The notes under the pieces: model-generated
The model's database searches: none
The model's input: only the letters and a program-made list of their open reading frames with translations
Told to the model about the DNA's origin: nothing
Made by a program: the position numbers and the translations under genes
From: Heptranchias perlo
Lineage: Eukaryota
Direction: 5' to 3'
Assembly (NCBI RefSeq): GCF_035084215.1
Contig: NC_090357.1
Location: 9,610,001 to 9,674,000 of the forward strand
DNA length: 64,000 nucleotides
Shown: in pieces, positions 49,169 through 61,900 of the stretch
Layout of the letters: every line of letters starts with the position of its first letter
Numbering within the stretch: the stretch's first letter is position 1

Positions 49169-51699
49169 CTGAAAGAGATAGAGCACATATGCTTAGGAAA
49201 GAATGAATGCTTGCTGCCAATTTCCTAAGCTTTTCTCTTGTCATCAATATTAGGAAGGTGATAAAATGACCAACCAGAACTGGGATCATGAATTTCTGTG
49301 GCTTAACACTAATAGCATTGATAACTCTCTCAGGATATTGTTACAATATATGATCAATTAGGGACCAAAATGTGCTAGATCAGGGTGAAAATCTGGTCAA
49401 TTATTCACTAGCTTTAAGTCTCAGCCATTGTGGCTGGAAAAGCACATTATACTTTCCTTTGTAACTGGTCACATAATATATACTGGATACAAACTGTAAG
49501 TAACAACATAAAAATTGCTATTTCCCAGTAAACCTGGACGACAGCTATTACAAACACTTTAACACTTGTTTGTGAATGTTCCATTCAATACAACCCACAG
49601 CCACATAAACCAACAAGCAGCTAAAGCACCAGTCCCTCAAAAGTTGCATAGATTTTTTAATCAGTCACTTGACTTTTTCTCTTAAATGTACTTTCTGGTG
49701 AGAACTGGGGTGTTTTTATTCTCCAACACAAAAACTTCAAATTTTCTCCCCACTAAATAAAACAGTGCTGACTGATGATATGAAACTCTTTGAATCTACT
49801 AGATTTGAAGCTTCTAGATTTTGCAAGTTAGCGTTCCCAATGCAGAGCTTTGTGCAACGGAAATAGATATCAGGAATTTGGGCTTGGAAGAAAATTGCTG
49901 ACCTCCCAAACCCGAATTCCTGATATGCATTCCTATCATGTAAAGCTGTGCACAGGGAGTGCTAATTTGTGGATTAAGGTACAGTGGATAACCTAAAAAC
50001 TGCACCATGACACAGCAAAACCCAAATTATTATTTCAAAGTACAGCAAGGAAGTAAGTGGAAAAGAGTGAATGGTAAATTTAAAACAAACAGTAGGTAAA
50101 GCTTTTTTTTTATTAAAGAGCGATGAACATTTGAAATAATCACCAAGAAGGTAATAGAGACAAAAATATTGGGGTTATTCAAAATACAATTATATGCTGT
50201 GATGAGAGAGTTACACATTTTCTAGCCATTCATAGTTAATGGGAAGAAACTCTCCAGCATTATGCACTCGAGACATGCGTTTTGATGGTTCAAATTTTCT
50301 AATCCTGAGCTTTTCTTATAGTTTCACACCAATGATTCCAGAGGTGTCAAATATATCTGATCCCTGGTGCATCATGTGAGAGAGGTGCCAACTGGAGGGT
50401 AAGTGTTTCCTTTCAGTGAGGGAGGGAAAAAGAAGAAAAAAAATAACAGAGGATGAGTTACTCCTGCACACCTCCTAGCAGCCGGCTCAAGAATGGCACT
50501 TAGAATTTCAAGTTTACTGATCGAATCATTCCGTTTTGATATCTGGATGTTTGAGGATACAATAACATGATTTCATTTAGCCGTAATCTGTTCCATGGGA
50601 TTTTGCTGGCCAGCGTGCAGTGGATCCTACTGGAACATTCTTTTCATAAACAACATTCTGGCACATAGACTCAACCCACAGCCTCAACCCACAGCACAAG
50701 GGACAAGCAAAGTCATCTGAAAAGACAGCTCACGTTGCACAAAGACGGACAATGTTGGAAATGTTAACTCATTCCGAGGCGAAGAATTATTCTTGGAATT
50801 GCACAGAAGGTCCTGAGATAATCTAAGGCTCACACTTCAAAATATTTCAGAACTTTCTTTCAATTAATTTATATGCTCCTCAAAGTGAAGGATGTTAGTG
50901 CTGTGGAACAGTACATTTTCCAATCTTTTGGCATCCAGTGCCAGGATCAAGCAGATCAGGTACAGCATGTCCAGATGCACAGTAAAGCTCCATTTTCCAT
51001 GCCCCACCAATGCAATTTAACCCTAATTCAGAATAGCAATACTACTCAAAGACAGGCATCCTTATGGTCTATTTGAGTGAGATTTCAAATTAATTGCGAT
51101 TATTTCCAAATTATAATAATTTTTGCCTTGTGGACTTATGCTTATTTGAAATTGAAACCACCACAAAATCATTTCATTTAGAAAAGATATATAACACAAA
51201 TCTACATCCTACATGTGCAAAGATATTCACCCTTGCAACAGCAGAGATGTTCTGCTCCTGACCCTGACAAAATCCATTGTGCACAGGTCCAGGATGTGTA
51301 AGATTATCGGGGAGTATCTCTGACTGCTTGCCCATGTTTCAACCTTTGGTATGTGCCCAGCGGGCACTACAGGATATTAACTGCTTTGTTAACTGCAATT
51401 ATCAATTTGTTATTTAAATTCACCAGAACCCATATTCAATTTGGACCAGCTTTATCTTTATTAGTTGTGCCCTCCTTCTGGGGGTGATGCTTATAGTTGT
51501 CCTGGTGCCATTGGGTTTCACTGGCCTGGAACAAGACAGGAGAACAGCAGAGACTGATTCTTATCCCATTAGCCTAAGCAGGATTCAAACTTAAATGCTA
51601 CAAGTACACACATATTACTCCAATTGTGCCAATACTAGAGCAAATTTTGCTTTAAAGGATATTGTCTACTTTCAATGAGTCTGATTAACTGGAGTTATA

Positions 51700-51980
51700 A
51701 ACCATTAAGAGGACACATATTTAAGATAATTGACAAAAGAACCAGAGGAGGATGAGAATTTTTTTTACGCAGTGAGTTGTTATGATCTGGAATGCACTGC
51801 TTGAAAGGGTGGTGGAAGCAGATTCTTTAGTAATTTTCAAGAAGGAATTGGATATATGCTTGAAAAGGAAAATTTGCAGGGCTATGGGGAAAATGCAGGG
51901 GACTGGGATTAATTGGATAGCTCTTTCAAAGAGCCGGCACAGGCACGATGGACTGAATGCCTCCTTTTGTGCTGTAAGAT
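51700..51980 (+). mobile_element. CR1 3'-end fragment
   Basis: IWNALLERVVEADS..FKKELD plus CR1 3' UTR. Confidence 0.8.
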
Positions 51981-54026
51981 TCAGTGATGAAGATAGTAAC
52001 AGTCGTGCTTTATAGCGTACATTAGTGAGAAATACCAGTGAAATGCATCACCTGCACTTTAAACAGCTGAGTGCTGCTGAGAGCAAGCAATCCCATTACA
52101 TCTGAATTTCACTTTCTGGCCTCTTTTAACATGTTAATATTCTTTTAATAATCTTTGTCATGGGGAAACATTTTGAATGGTGTGCAGACAGTTTGAACAG
52201 TGCAACACCTCTTTATTGATCAGTTGTTTAAATCACTGATGCTCTGCTCAATCTACCATTCAAACGGCTTTGCTGCTACCTCCGGATGTAGTGATCATTT
52301 GTTTATAGTCATCATCTGGGGACCTGTCCAAATCGATTATTATAAATGAATACCACTGTAATGTGTTTGGACAGTTTCCAAACCCAGTTCCTAGTAATGT
52401 GGCCCACAGTAGAAAACTACCCCATTTGGTACTAAATTTTCTAATCCCATTCAAAGAATCCGCAACAATGAGTGCTGAGGGAAATGTTGAAGACCACAAT
52501 AAGCTTATTGTTGAGGCAGGGCAGAGGGATTTTCTCTCTGCAACTAGCTGTGCTGCACCTTATTTGGGTGTGGTTAATGCTGACTTATAGTTCTTGAGGT
52601 GGGAAAGTGTCCCATTCTGCAATGTTCCACTTCTCATCTTGATGAGTGCAAATATTAATCCTCCACAAAAAAAGGCTACAACTGCAAATTCTAATGCTGC
52701 AAATAACATAAGTCAGAGAGCTACAGAAAATGGTGATATATTATGTTGCTGTCAACCATTGAAAAAAGCATGACCAGGATACAGGCCAACAGGGAGAGCA
52801 TAGGGCAGTGGGGTTCATTTTGGATTGTTCTAGCAAAGAGTTGTCACAGACATAATGGGCCAAATTACTTTCTTCTGTGCTGTAAACTTTTATGGCTCTA
52901 TTCAAGTGATGGACAAGGTGGAGTTTTGGTTTAGATATTTTCTGGCATTTCTCCAAATATTTCACTTGAAACTTTCAACCCGTTGGCAGTGTTCTGTGAT
53001 AATGTTCTATTTAGCACTTACTAATGATATATGAACTCGAACCATCAAAGGACCTGTAGAGGAATGTTGGTGTGAGCATGTGAGAAAATAAAGCAAAGAA
53101 TAGTGGGTAGGCAGTATGTAAAAGCCTTCTGAATTCATCCCAGACTTATAGCGTAAAAGCCTTTCTTCTCTCATGACCGTTAAAGCTCTTACAGGTACTG
53201 AGTTTGGATAGTCTCAAACCAACTCCTGTTCAATTCAAAAACTTTCCTTTATCGTCTTCTTGCCAATTTTTCCCTTCCTCTCCTCTTCTAAAGGGGTTGA
53301 TCTTTGCTGGAGTACATTCCACGGACAGCACTTGCCCTCAGGTATTGCGCCTTCATGTGTGAGCATCAGTGGGTTATTCAACTGAATAAAGTTCAGTTCT
53401 ATCGTTAACTGACATCCATACATGCAAGGGTCACTGGGTAGCAAAACAGTAGCAGGGGTCTGGCTAGTTTCCCCTCCCTGACCCATGGTATTAAGGCCAA
53501 TTGTTGTGTCCCTATGCTTCCTCCAGCTGAGATCAGCAACTCAACACAGATCAGCAATTCAACTTATGACCTTTCTAGTCTATATGACACACCAGATAAA
53601 CTTGCTGAACCATCAAGGATACATGAAAATTGATCTGCACAGACAATGCATTTCCAAGTTGCTGTGAAATCGGCTAACATGGTTGAGCTGTTCAAAGTGG
53701 TACAATCATAGTGTCAAATATTGAACAATACTGGTTTTGCAATGCTAACAATGTTGAAAATACACATCAGGCCTGTCAACAACTAAAAAGGGAAAAAACA
53801 GTTTAATATTTTGAGTTGGGATTCCTTGTCAGAACAGTTCTAAGGTTTTCAACTGAAACATTGAGCTAATTTTCCTCTTTTCAGATGCTGATGGATCTGT
53901 TGTGCAATTCCAGCATTTCCTGTTTTATTTTGGAGTTTTTCTTTTTATTAATAGTAGGTCTGTAGGGCATTAATGTGTTCACATAAAGTAAAGCAGGGCG
54001 TCCAAGCTTTTGGTCCTCTTGGCACT

Positions 54027-54380
54027 TGAAGGGGTAGATGCTGAGAGGATGTTTCCCCTTGTGGGAGAGACTAGAACTAGGGGACACAGTTTAAAAATAA
54101 GGGGTCTCCCATTAAAGATGGAGATGAGGAGAAATGTTTTCTCTCAGAGGGTCGTGAGTCTGTGGAACTCCCTTCCCCAGAGAGCGGTGGAGGCAGGGTC
54201 ACTGAATATTTTTAAGGCTGAGTTAAATAGATTCCTGATTAACAAGGGAGTCAAAGGTTATTGTAGGTAGACGGGAAAGTAGGGTTGAGGTCACAATCAG
54301 ATCAGCCATAATCTTATCAAATGGCAGAGCAGGCTCGAGGGGCTGAATGGCCTACTCCTGCTCTTAATTTGTATGTTCGT
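54027..54380 (+). mobile_element. CR1 3'-end fragment
   Basis: VDAERMFPLVGETRTRGHSLKI...SQRVVSLWNSLPQ plus tail. Confidence 0.88.
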
Positions 54381-54576
54381 ATGCATAGGTGAGTAGCATA
54401 AAGCCTTGGGGGCCACATGTAAAATCAATGTTCCCATTAATTTTCATATATTTCAAATTGCTGATGCTAACAGATCTTGATGTTCCAATTTGGGATTTAT
54501 CCACCAATGAGGCAACAATGCTAATAACTTGTGAACAAACTCCTGTCATTTACCATTAACTGCACTCATGAGCTAT

Positions 54577-54734
54577 TTTCATTATCTTACTCTTTATGAT
54601 ATATATATTCATTATCTTACTCTTTATGATATATATATTTTCATTACCTTACTCTTTATGATATAAATATTTTCATTATCTTACTCTTTATGATATATAT
54701 ATTTTCATTATCTTACTCTTTATGATATATATAT
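54577..54734. repeat. AT-rich minisatellite, 5 copies of about 30-33 bp (TTCATTATCTTACTCTTTATGATATATATA)
   Basis: Directly visible tandem copies in CRYAB intron 1. Confidence 0.92.
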
Positions 54735-54872
54735 ACAGAACAATGGAATACTTTCATTATTACTATGAAACAGACAATATGTCCACAGAGTTTGATTCGA
54801 GCATTTTAAACAAACATTTTTGTCAAGTAACAGAAAAAGGACATTGCAATTTTAAGAACACACAGAACATAC

Positions 54873-55079
54873 CTCTGAAAGTCCAGACTGTACCCAACCC
54901 GGCATCCTGACCAAGGGACTTGCCAGTCTCCAGTAGAAGGGGCTAACCATGGACGAGAAGTTGGGGAAGAGGTCAGGATCGAGGTGCTCCCCAAAATGCT
55001 GGTCAAAGATACGGGAGGGGAAGATAGAGTTTGGGAAGAGGGAACGCCGTAGCCATGGATTCTGAACTGCAATGTCCAT
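54873..55079 (-). CDS. CRYAB: alphaB-crystallin exon 1
   Basis: MDIAVQNPWLRRSLFPNSIFPSRIFDQHFGEH...SGLSE|gtatgt, 207 nt. The three exons give 177 aa. Confidence 0.97.
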
Positions 55080-55176
55080 CTTCTCTTTTCAGTTAAAGGC
55101 AGGAGAACGTATATCTGTATAACTTGTGTTGACTTCAGTCCAGGAGCTGCTTAAAGGCCAACTGGTGTCTGAGTTC

Positions 55177-55298
55177 TTTATATACACAATGACACCCAAC
55201 CCACTGAGCTTTCTGGAAAACTGATGCAAAGCTGATTGACTCTGTCCTGTGATTTCATTCTTTAGGGATTTATTATTTTTGGGATTAGAAGTGACACA
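55177..55298 (-). promoter_or_regulatory. CRYAB proximal promoter (TATA box, HSE-like site, AT-rich element, upstream conserved block)
   Basis: TATATAAA 55177-55184; TTCCAGAAAGCTC HSE-like site about 55206-55218; AATAATAAATCCCT 55264-55277; TGTGTCACTTCTAATCCC 55281-55298. Confidence 0.75.
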
Positions 55299-57005
55299 AG
55301 CAGTGGACCAGTCTCTTTACTGTTGGACAATGCTCTGCTGATCAGCCTCTTCCTCCGCTGGCAAAGCTTCAGAATGCTTCAGGAGATGACCTCATGACAT
55401 TTCAAAAATAAGCTTTTGTATTGGGAGGAATATTATGATGTTTCAGTTTTTATTCACGATTAAAGATTTTTATCGACAAATCTCTTCTTTTGTGCCTTTG
55501 TGAGTTGGATTATCTGAATGCTTAATTCAAACGGTGACGAGGTAATTACACGTGTTGCAGTCCATAAATAGACTAATGGGTGATACGCTTCTGATGTAAC
55601 CTTTATGGATATTTGTAGTTTCTGGCTGCATTTAACCCGTTGAATTGTATTATTCCACATTAATACATTACTGAATGATAACTGCGCAGTTCTTAATGCG
55701 GGGCTGGGCGCATCCACTCCCTCACCATGTTTTGTCCATTCCAAAGTTTTTTCGAAAGCATTATGAAGAAAGGAGATTGGAGGGAGACTAATTATATCAC
55801 AGAAACACATTTCTCCATATTGCAAAAAAAAATCACGCAAAACAGGTTAGCTATTTGAGAAAATCCTATACCCCCTGTATCTCCTTCCATTAAAATAATG
55901 CGATGTTACTCCAGTTACTTCGGATATGAAGAGTTGATGAATTCTTTCAGTCTTGCCTTGAAACAAAAATCACATTTTTTTACGCCGTATCCCCTCCGTT
56001 AGGACTGAAGTCATTAACAGCCTGTAATATGATAAAAGATCGAAATTACTGTGTGGACATGTAGATATAATTATCCGTCACGGTGTAATTATTAATTTCC
56101 ACATTCCATGAAAATAATCCATTCATGGATTTTATATTTTGAAAACACAGAACTAAATTACAAGTAGAATAATACCCTGGAACATTTGGAGAAAAGGTTT
56201 ACCAATATAAAAAAGCAAGTTTCTACAAACATACCACACGAAGTAGTGGGCACATTGTCAGCTCCGGGAAAGAATCTGATTGTATTTGAAAGTGAACTTT
56301 GTATAAATCCAGCACCCGCTTACCGGGTGGTAGTTGTAGTATTGCGGTGTTTGAAATAAAATGTACTTCGAATAATGCCTTTTTATATCGGTCTGCCAGT
56401 TGATCCACGAAGAATCCGATTCTTCACCTTGTGCTTTCTATAGGAACACACACATTATAAGTAACAGAAATACTACTGGGTTCTTGTTTTGTTTATAAAT
56501 CCAAACTGAATTTAGTTAAATAATTGTTTTTCTATTATTGTTTCCGTAGATTGGTCGAATTGTCGCCGGCAATACAGTAACGTGTAAATTATACCTTTCA
56601 TTTCCGTTCCTTTAATGCCAAACGTTTTATTTGACAAGTAGTCCAGAGCTGATTCTGTGATTCCTATTGGGACAAATGACACATAAGAGACACAGTATAT
56701 GAGCAAAGGACAAACAGGGGAAAAATGGTATCATTTATGGTTAAGGGTGTGATGTGTGATCGTTTCCCAGGGGAGAATCCCTTTCCACTATTGAAGTTCC
56801 AGCCTCTTGAGTGACCTGGTCTATTTCTGTCCTGGTTCGATTCCCCTCCCTCAGGAATGTCCTGACATAAACGACACCCGAGTCACGAAGGTTCCTGAGA
56901 CGGAGTGACCACAGTCTGATCTTTGGGTCAAGCAGAGAACCAGAGAGTGCAGTCGAGTGTTTAATTTGCTGCTTCTCCGCTCTCACTCACTCTCTGATCC
57001 TTACA

Positions 57006-57099
57006 ATGGAACAGAAGACAATTCCACATGCTTATCCCATGAGTGTAGAATACGAGGACGACATACCAACCACAATCTACGACCAGAACTTCGGGGAAG
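57006..57099 (+). CDS. HSPB2: HSPB2 (MKBP) exon 1
   Basis: MEQKTIPHAYPMSVEYEDDIPTTIYDQNFGE-G|gtaaat, 94 nt; head-to-head with CRYAB. Confidence 0.93.
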
Positions 57100-57410
57100 G
57101 TAAATTTATTTTCGCTTTTAACCGTAAAGTTGAGTTATTGCGGGGGGCAGTGGGTGTATGGACCAAGACGTGTGGAGATCTGAAACAGGGCATGGGGAGA
57201 TAATGTAATAACATTTTAATTTTTAAAAATTGTTTGGTGAAATCTTTTCTTCATTGAACAGCAAACCAATCAAAAATTTGGAATGTAAAATCAAGGTTAA
57301 TTTTAATTATTATCAATCTATCAAAATATAGTATCACTGATAGGGTACTTCTATGATGTATTATAAAGTTTCACTTTCTATTGTTTGATAAGTTCCAATG
57401 AATTCCTCAG

Positions 57411-57874
57411 GTTTGTCATCAGAAGATATTTTAGCTCCTACATTGTACCACGGTTACTATATCAGACCCAGGATCAATAAACAGCTGGACCGAGGCTTTT
57501 CAGAGATTGCAACAAAAGATCATAAATTTCAGGTATTCCTGGACGTCTGCCAGTTCCTGCCAGATGAGATCTCAGTTCGGACGGTGGACAACCTGCTGGA
57601 GGTGTCCGGAAGACATCCTCAGAAATTGGACAGCCACGGTTTTATCTCCCGAGAGTTCACACGCACCTACATCCTGCCCCTGGATGTGGACCCTCTGATG
57701 GTTCGAACAACACTGTCCCATGATGGCATCCTGTGTATCGAGGCACAGAGGAAAGGAGATGAGATCCAGCCCAAAATAAACAACGTGAAAATCAACGTTG
57801 AATCACCTCCCTTAGCAGCAGAGCCTAGGGCAGACACAAATAAAGAGAAGCAGAAGGATAAGAGTAGTTCCTGA
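57411..57874 (+). CDS. HSPB2: HSPB2 exon 2
   Basis: cctcag|GT. LSSEDILAPTLYHGYYIRPR...FQVFLDVCQFLPDEISVRTVDNLLEVSGRHPQKLDSHGFISREF (alpha-crystallin domain). 185 aa in total; AATAAA at 58130-58135. Confidence 0.96.
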
Positions 57875-58840
57875 AGTGAGAAGAAAAGAGCTCACTGACC
57901 CTCTTTACATGATTGATATTGATATCCGGTTCTTTGTTGACACATCTGAGCCTACTCTAGAAAACAGGGCAAATTATTAAAACGGCTAGGTTGCAAGTAG
58001 CTCACATTTTGTCAACTAGTTTTAAGTTGACAATGTTGCCAGTAAACCTAAAAAATGACTAATTTTGAAATATGTTGATATCTGCTGTATATATGAAGCT
58101 AGGAACCTTAATAATTAATATCTGCCACCAATAAAATCTGATGATTAGTGTAATGATTAACTCCCTCCTCCAATTTTTTCCCCTCGCCCCTCCTCTCTGG
58201 AAAAGGAGACTCGTACTGGAGCACATTTACAAAGGGTGTCCTCAACTACCTTTCCAAGGCTTTCTTCACATGGTCTTTTCATGTTGATAGGCTATTGAAA
58301 TGTAGGGCCTTCATAGCTCAGCCTGAACTTGTCCTTTGACATCCACAAAAATGCACTTGCCATTGATTAGGAGCTAGGGACTCCCCCTCCTCAACTTATT
58401 CCCAGGGCTACTGATCCTTTTCTCCTTTGACATCCATTGGATGGATAAACACATACCAGGGATTGAACCTAGGACCTATAACCGAGCACTGCAACACTTT
58501 GCCACTGAGCCATTGGGGCAGCACTGCTGGCATTCCTGATGTCTAGCGTGTTGACTGGCGTTTGGAATTTATTAACAAATTCTTTGGTCTTACAACTATG
58601 GGGTCTAATTTACTTTTTCATGTATGTAATGGCAGTCATTATTGCTTTTTACTTATAATAAAAGCAAAACCCTGTGCTGAAATAATTATTTGCAGGAGTG
58701 CTCCCAGCTGGTTCTTTCAGACAGCGAATCACCAGCTAAAAAGTTACATGGAACAGGTCAATCGTTTTTCAAAACCATGACAATAAAGTCACGTAACAGG
58801 CCTTAATAGGAGGATATATTTTAAGAGTGAAATCAGTTAA

Positions 58841-58993
58841 GGGTTGATTTTAACTTTCGGCGGTGGTGGAAAACGGGCAGTAGCGGATTGGCCGGCTTTT
58901 ATGCAGCCTGTCCAATTTTCGAGCAAGGTGTATAATGACCGGTTGATCCGCTACTGCCTGTTTTCCGCAACTGCTGAAAGTTAAAATCAGCCC
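58841..58993. mobile_element. MITE-like foldback element (about 55-bp imperfect terminal inverted repeats)
   Basis: GGGTTGATTTTAACTTTCGGCGGT...CAGTAGCGGAT versus ATCCGCTACTG...CTGAAAGTTAAAATCAGCCC; TAA/TAT flanks. Confidence 0.8.
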
Positions 58994-61900
58994 TATAGTT
59001 TGTCATACATAAGAAATGCAATAAAGTGTTTAAAAGTTAAAACTGCAAATGCTGGAAATCTGGTTCTGAAAGGCCCATCAGCAACTGAAAAGAGAAAATA
59101 CAGATGAACATTTCCAGTAGAGATACTTCAGTGCTTTTATCTAAACTGACTTAGTCAGGGTCTCTGACTAGAGTGATAACATTTTTTCCTGCTCCTAATT
59201 GCTGACCAGGAATCCTCCTGAAAGTGCTTGTCTTTGGCTGTCAAGTGAGGCTTTTATTTCCAATAAAATTAAGTACTGCCTGTCAGTTTGGGGACATAGC
59301 CTGAGGTCAGGTACAGTTGTCCTGACAGAATAAATTCACCAACCTTGTGCTCCCAGTGGAGCACCATGCTTATTAGGAGTGTGTTCAGAGAATTGGTACT
59401 ACAATGCTATAGCCCTGTCTCATTTTGAGTCATTCTCAATTGTGCTACTATTGTGAATTTGTGCTACTGTTCTTCAGCTCTGCTTTCTCAAGTGCAAATA
59501 TACTGTAGCACAGAAAAATAACTGAGGGCCTTCACATCTTTGGAAACATATGCTCCAGGACACCATCATAGGGATGTTTGTAGCATGTAGAGCATTTTAT
59601 ATAGGACAGGCTAGGGTCTTCTGCACCCTCTTTGCTACACTATCCATTTGTCTCAGTTTCCCATGTCCTACAAGCTGATTTTGACTGTTTTGGATCACCT
59701 CATGTACTTTCCTGTTCCTTCAACTCCAAACAAGCATCAATAATGCCTTTTCAGTAAAAACTAAACATGTTGGAATTTATGGAGAAATGCTTCAATTACT
59801 CCTTAATGAAGTAAAAACACGTCTAACATGGGTTAAGTGTGTTATACCTGTTTACTCCCAGGAGCAATTTTAGGATTGTGGGTAAAAGTTAATTAAACAC
59901 ATTCCATTAACACTAATGCACAGTAGTACCATATCTTAATATTTAATTAAGACAAGTGCTGGCATGAATACTCAGAAAAAATTAAACTCCTAATAGAGTA
60001 AACTGCCCTCTGCCTTTGCATTGCATAGTCCACTGAACCAGATATTGAAACATCAACAGTATGCTTTGTTGATAAAAAACAACTTTTGTGTAAGTAGGAT
60101 CACTGAGGATGATATCATCTCTTGTAATTGTGTGCCTAGGTTTTAAAATCATTTTTAATAAGGCATTATAAACTTTTCACTTATTGATACTGATCATGAT
60201 AGTTCCAGTGTTGCTAATGTAAATTGGTTTCTATCCTTTTAGTTCTGAACTTCATTTGCAGCTTTTAAACTGCACACCTTCTCCTCTCTACATAACATCC
60301 AGAAAATACTTGTGTTTCTGTAAATTTTTGAATACATATGTACTGAATAAAAATAGAATATGGGAAATATACAGAACTACAGATTTTTTTTTCAGTGCTA
60401 TGAATAAGCGACAATTATTGCAATCCTGGTCCAAATTTAATTTGGTGGAAAAATGCTACAGGACTTTGATGGACCAAATTATACAGATGTCTTTACATGA
60501 AACTTTGAAATTGAATTGATAAAGAAATTGATGAAGAATAAATACTTCCTTTCCAAAAGAAATACTTAAAATAATTCTGGTTGAGAATTTGAGCGTGTAC
60601 TTTGATTTAAAACAAAGAGGAAAAAATGAATTATAAAACTGAAATTTAAAAAATGATACTTCTTATAAAACATGGATAAAGGTGGATTGCTTCCTTTCCC
60701 CAAGCCCTGGTTTTGTTAAAATAGCAAATCATATTAATCACAATTGCAAAGTTCAGATGTATTATTAACCTTCATTTGGTTCAACTTACGTAATGAAAAT
60801 GTGTTCACGTTGCAAAATGAAAAGCTCTTTCACAGAAGATCTACAAAGCTAATCTATCAAAAAAAACCTAAAAATAAGATTATCAAAAGAAAATAGAAAA
60901 ATCAATGGAACCGAGGAATTTTGTTCTAATTTAAATTGTTCCTGGATTGAAAAGTAAAAAAAAGGTGCAATCTTGGCCTCGCTTTTCCCATTAGTGTTTG
61001 GGGAAAATGGTATAATGCTACCTGCAGTATTTTTTCATCTGGTAGCACTGGTGAAAATGGATGACCACAAGGCTTCTGATTTCCTGATACATCTGAGTGA
61101 CGTACTATCAGTGGCCAGGGATAAAGACAAGCACATTGACAAAGTGGCAAGGTGAGTGATACTACCAAGCCGCTGCCTGGTTACCTAATAGTTTGTTTTT
61201 GGTTACTACCAGGTATAACTGGCCTCATGTTCACTGCCACCCCCAATTTCTTACTTCCTGGATGACCTTAGTAGGTGTTATCCTCAGTTGGTCTGGATTC
61301 TGGTTTTGCATAGGACATTTTTTAAAGAAATATTCTCCAAGTTCAAGGCTTTGCAATGGCCTTGTCTTATATTTGTCCTAACTACAATATTGCCCCAGAT
61401 TTATTTTTACCCTAATAGGTTTCTCATGGTAAATCAGATGATACACTGATTTATATTAATAGGAGCATTAAACCATATTTGAAGCAGAGTCCATAAATAC
61501 TTTTAAAAGTGAATTAGATAGTTACTTGAAAAAAAGATTTACAGAGGATGGGGAAAGAGTAGGAGAATGGGATGGTACATGTGGCTAAAAGTACTGAAGC
61601 ATATTGTTTCTGTGCCATATACTTCTATGATTAAATATTATGATGAAGCTGTGTTTAAGCTGCCCTGTCCCTTTATGGTTACAAAATCTAATTGCTGTAA
61701 GTAAACACAGGCTGAGATCAGAGTTTAATTTTGTAAAGGAAGCTTGCAGATTGTAAATTTTTGGCTCCAGGTCAGAAAAAATAGCATGAAACCACTGCCT
61801 TTTGTTCTCAATTTTATATACTTTTGACACTTTGAAGCATGGTGTCTGCAGTGTGATGATGCTCTAAAAACTTTTAGATATAATAGATTTATTATTTTTA

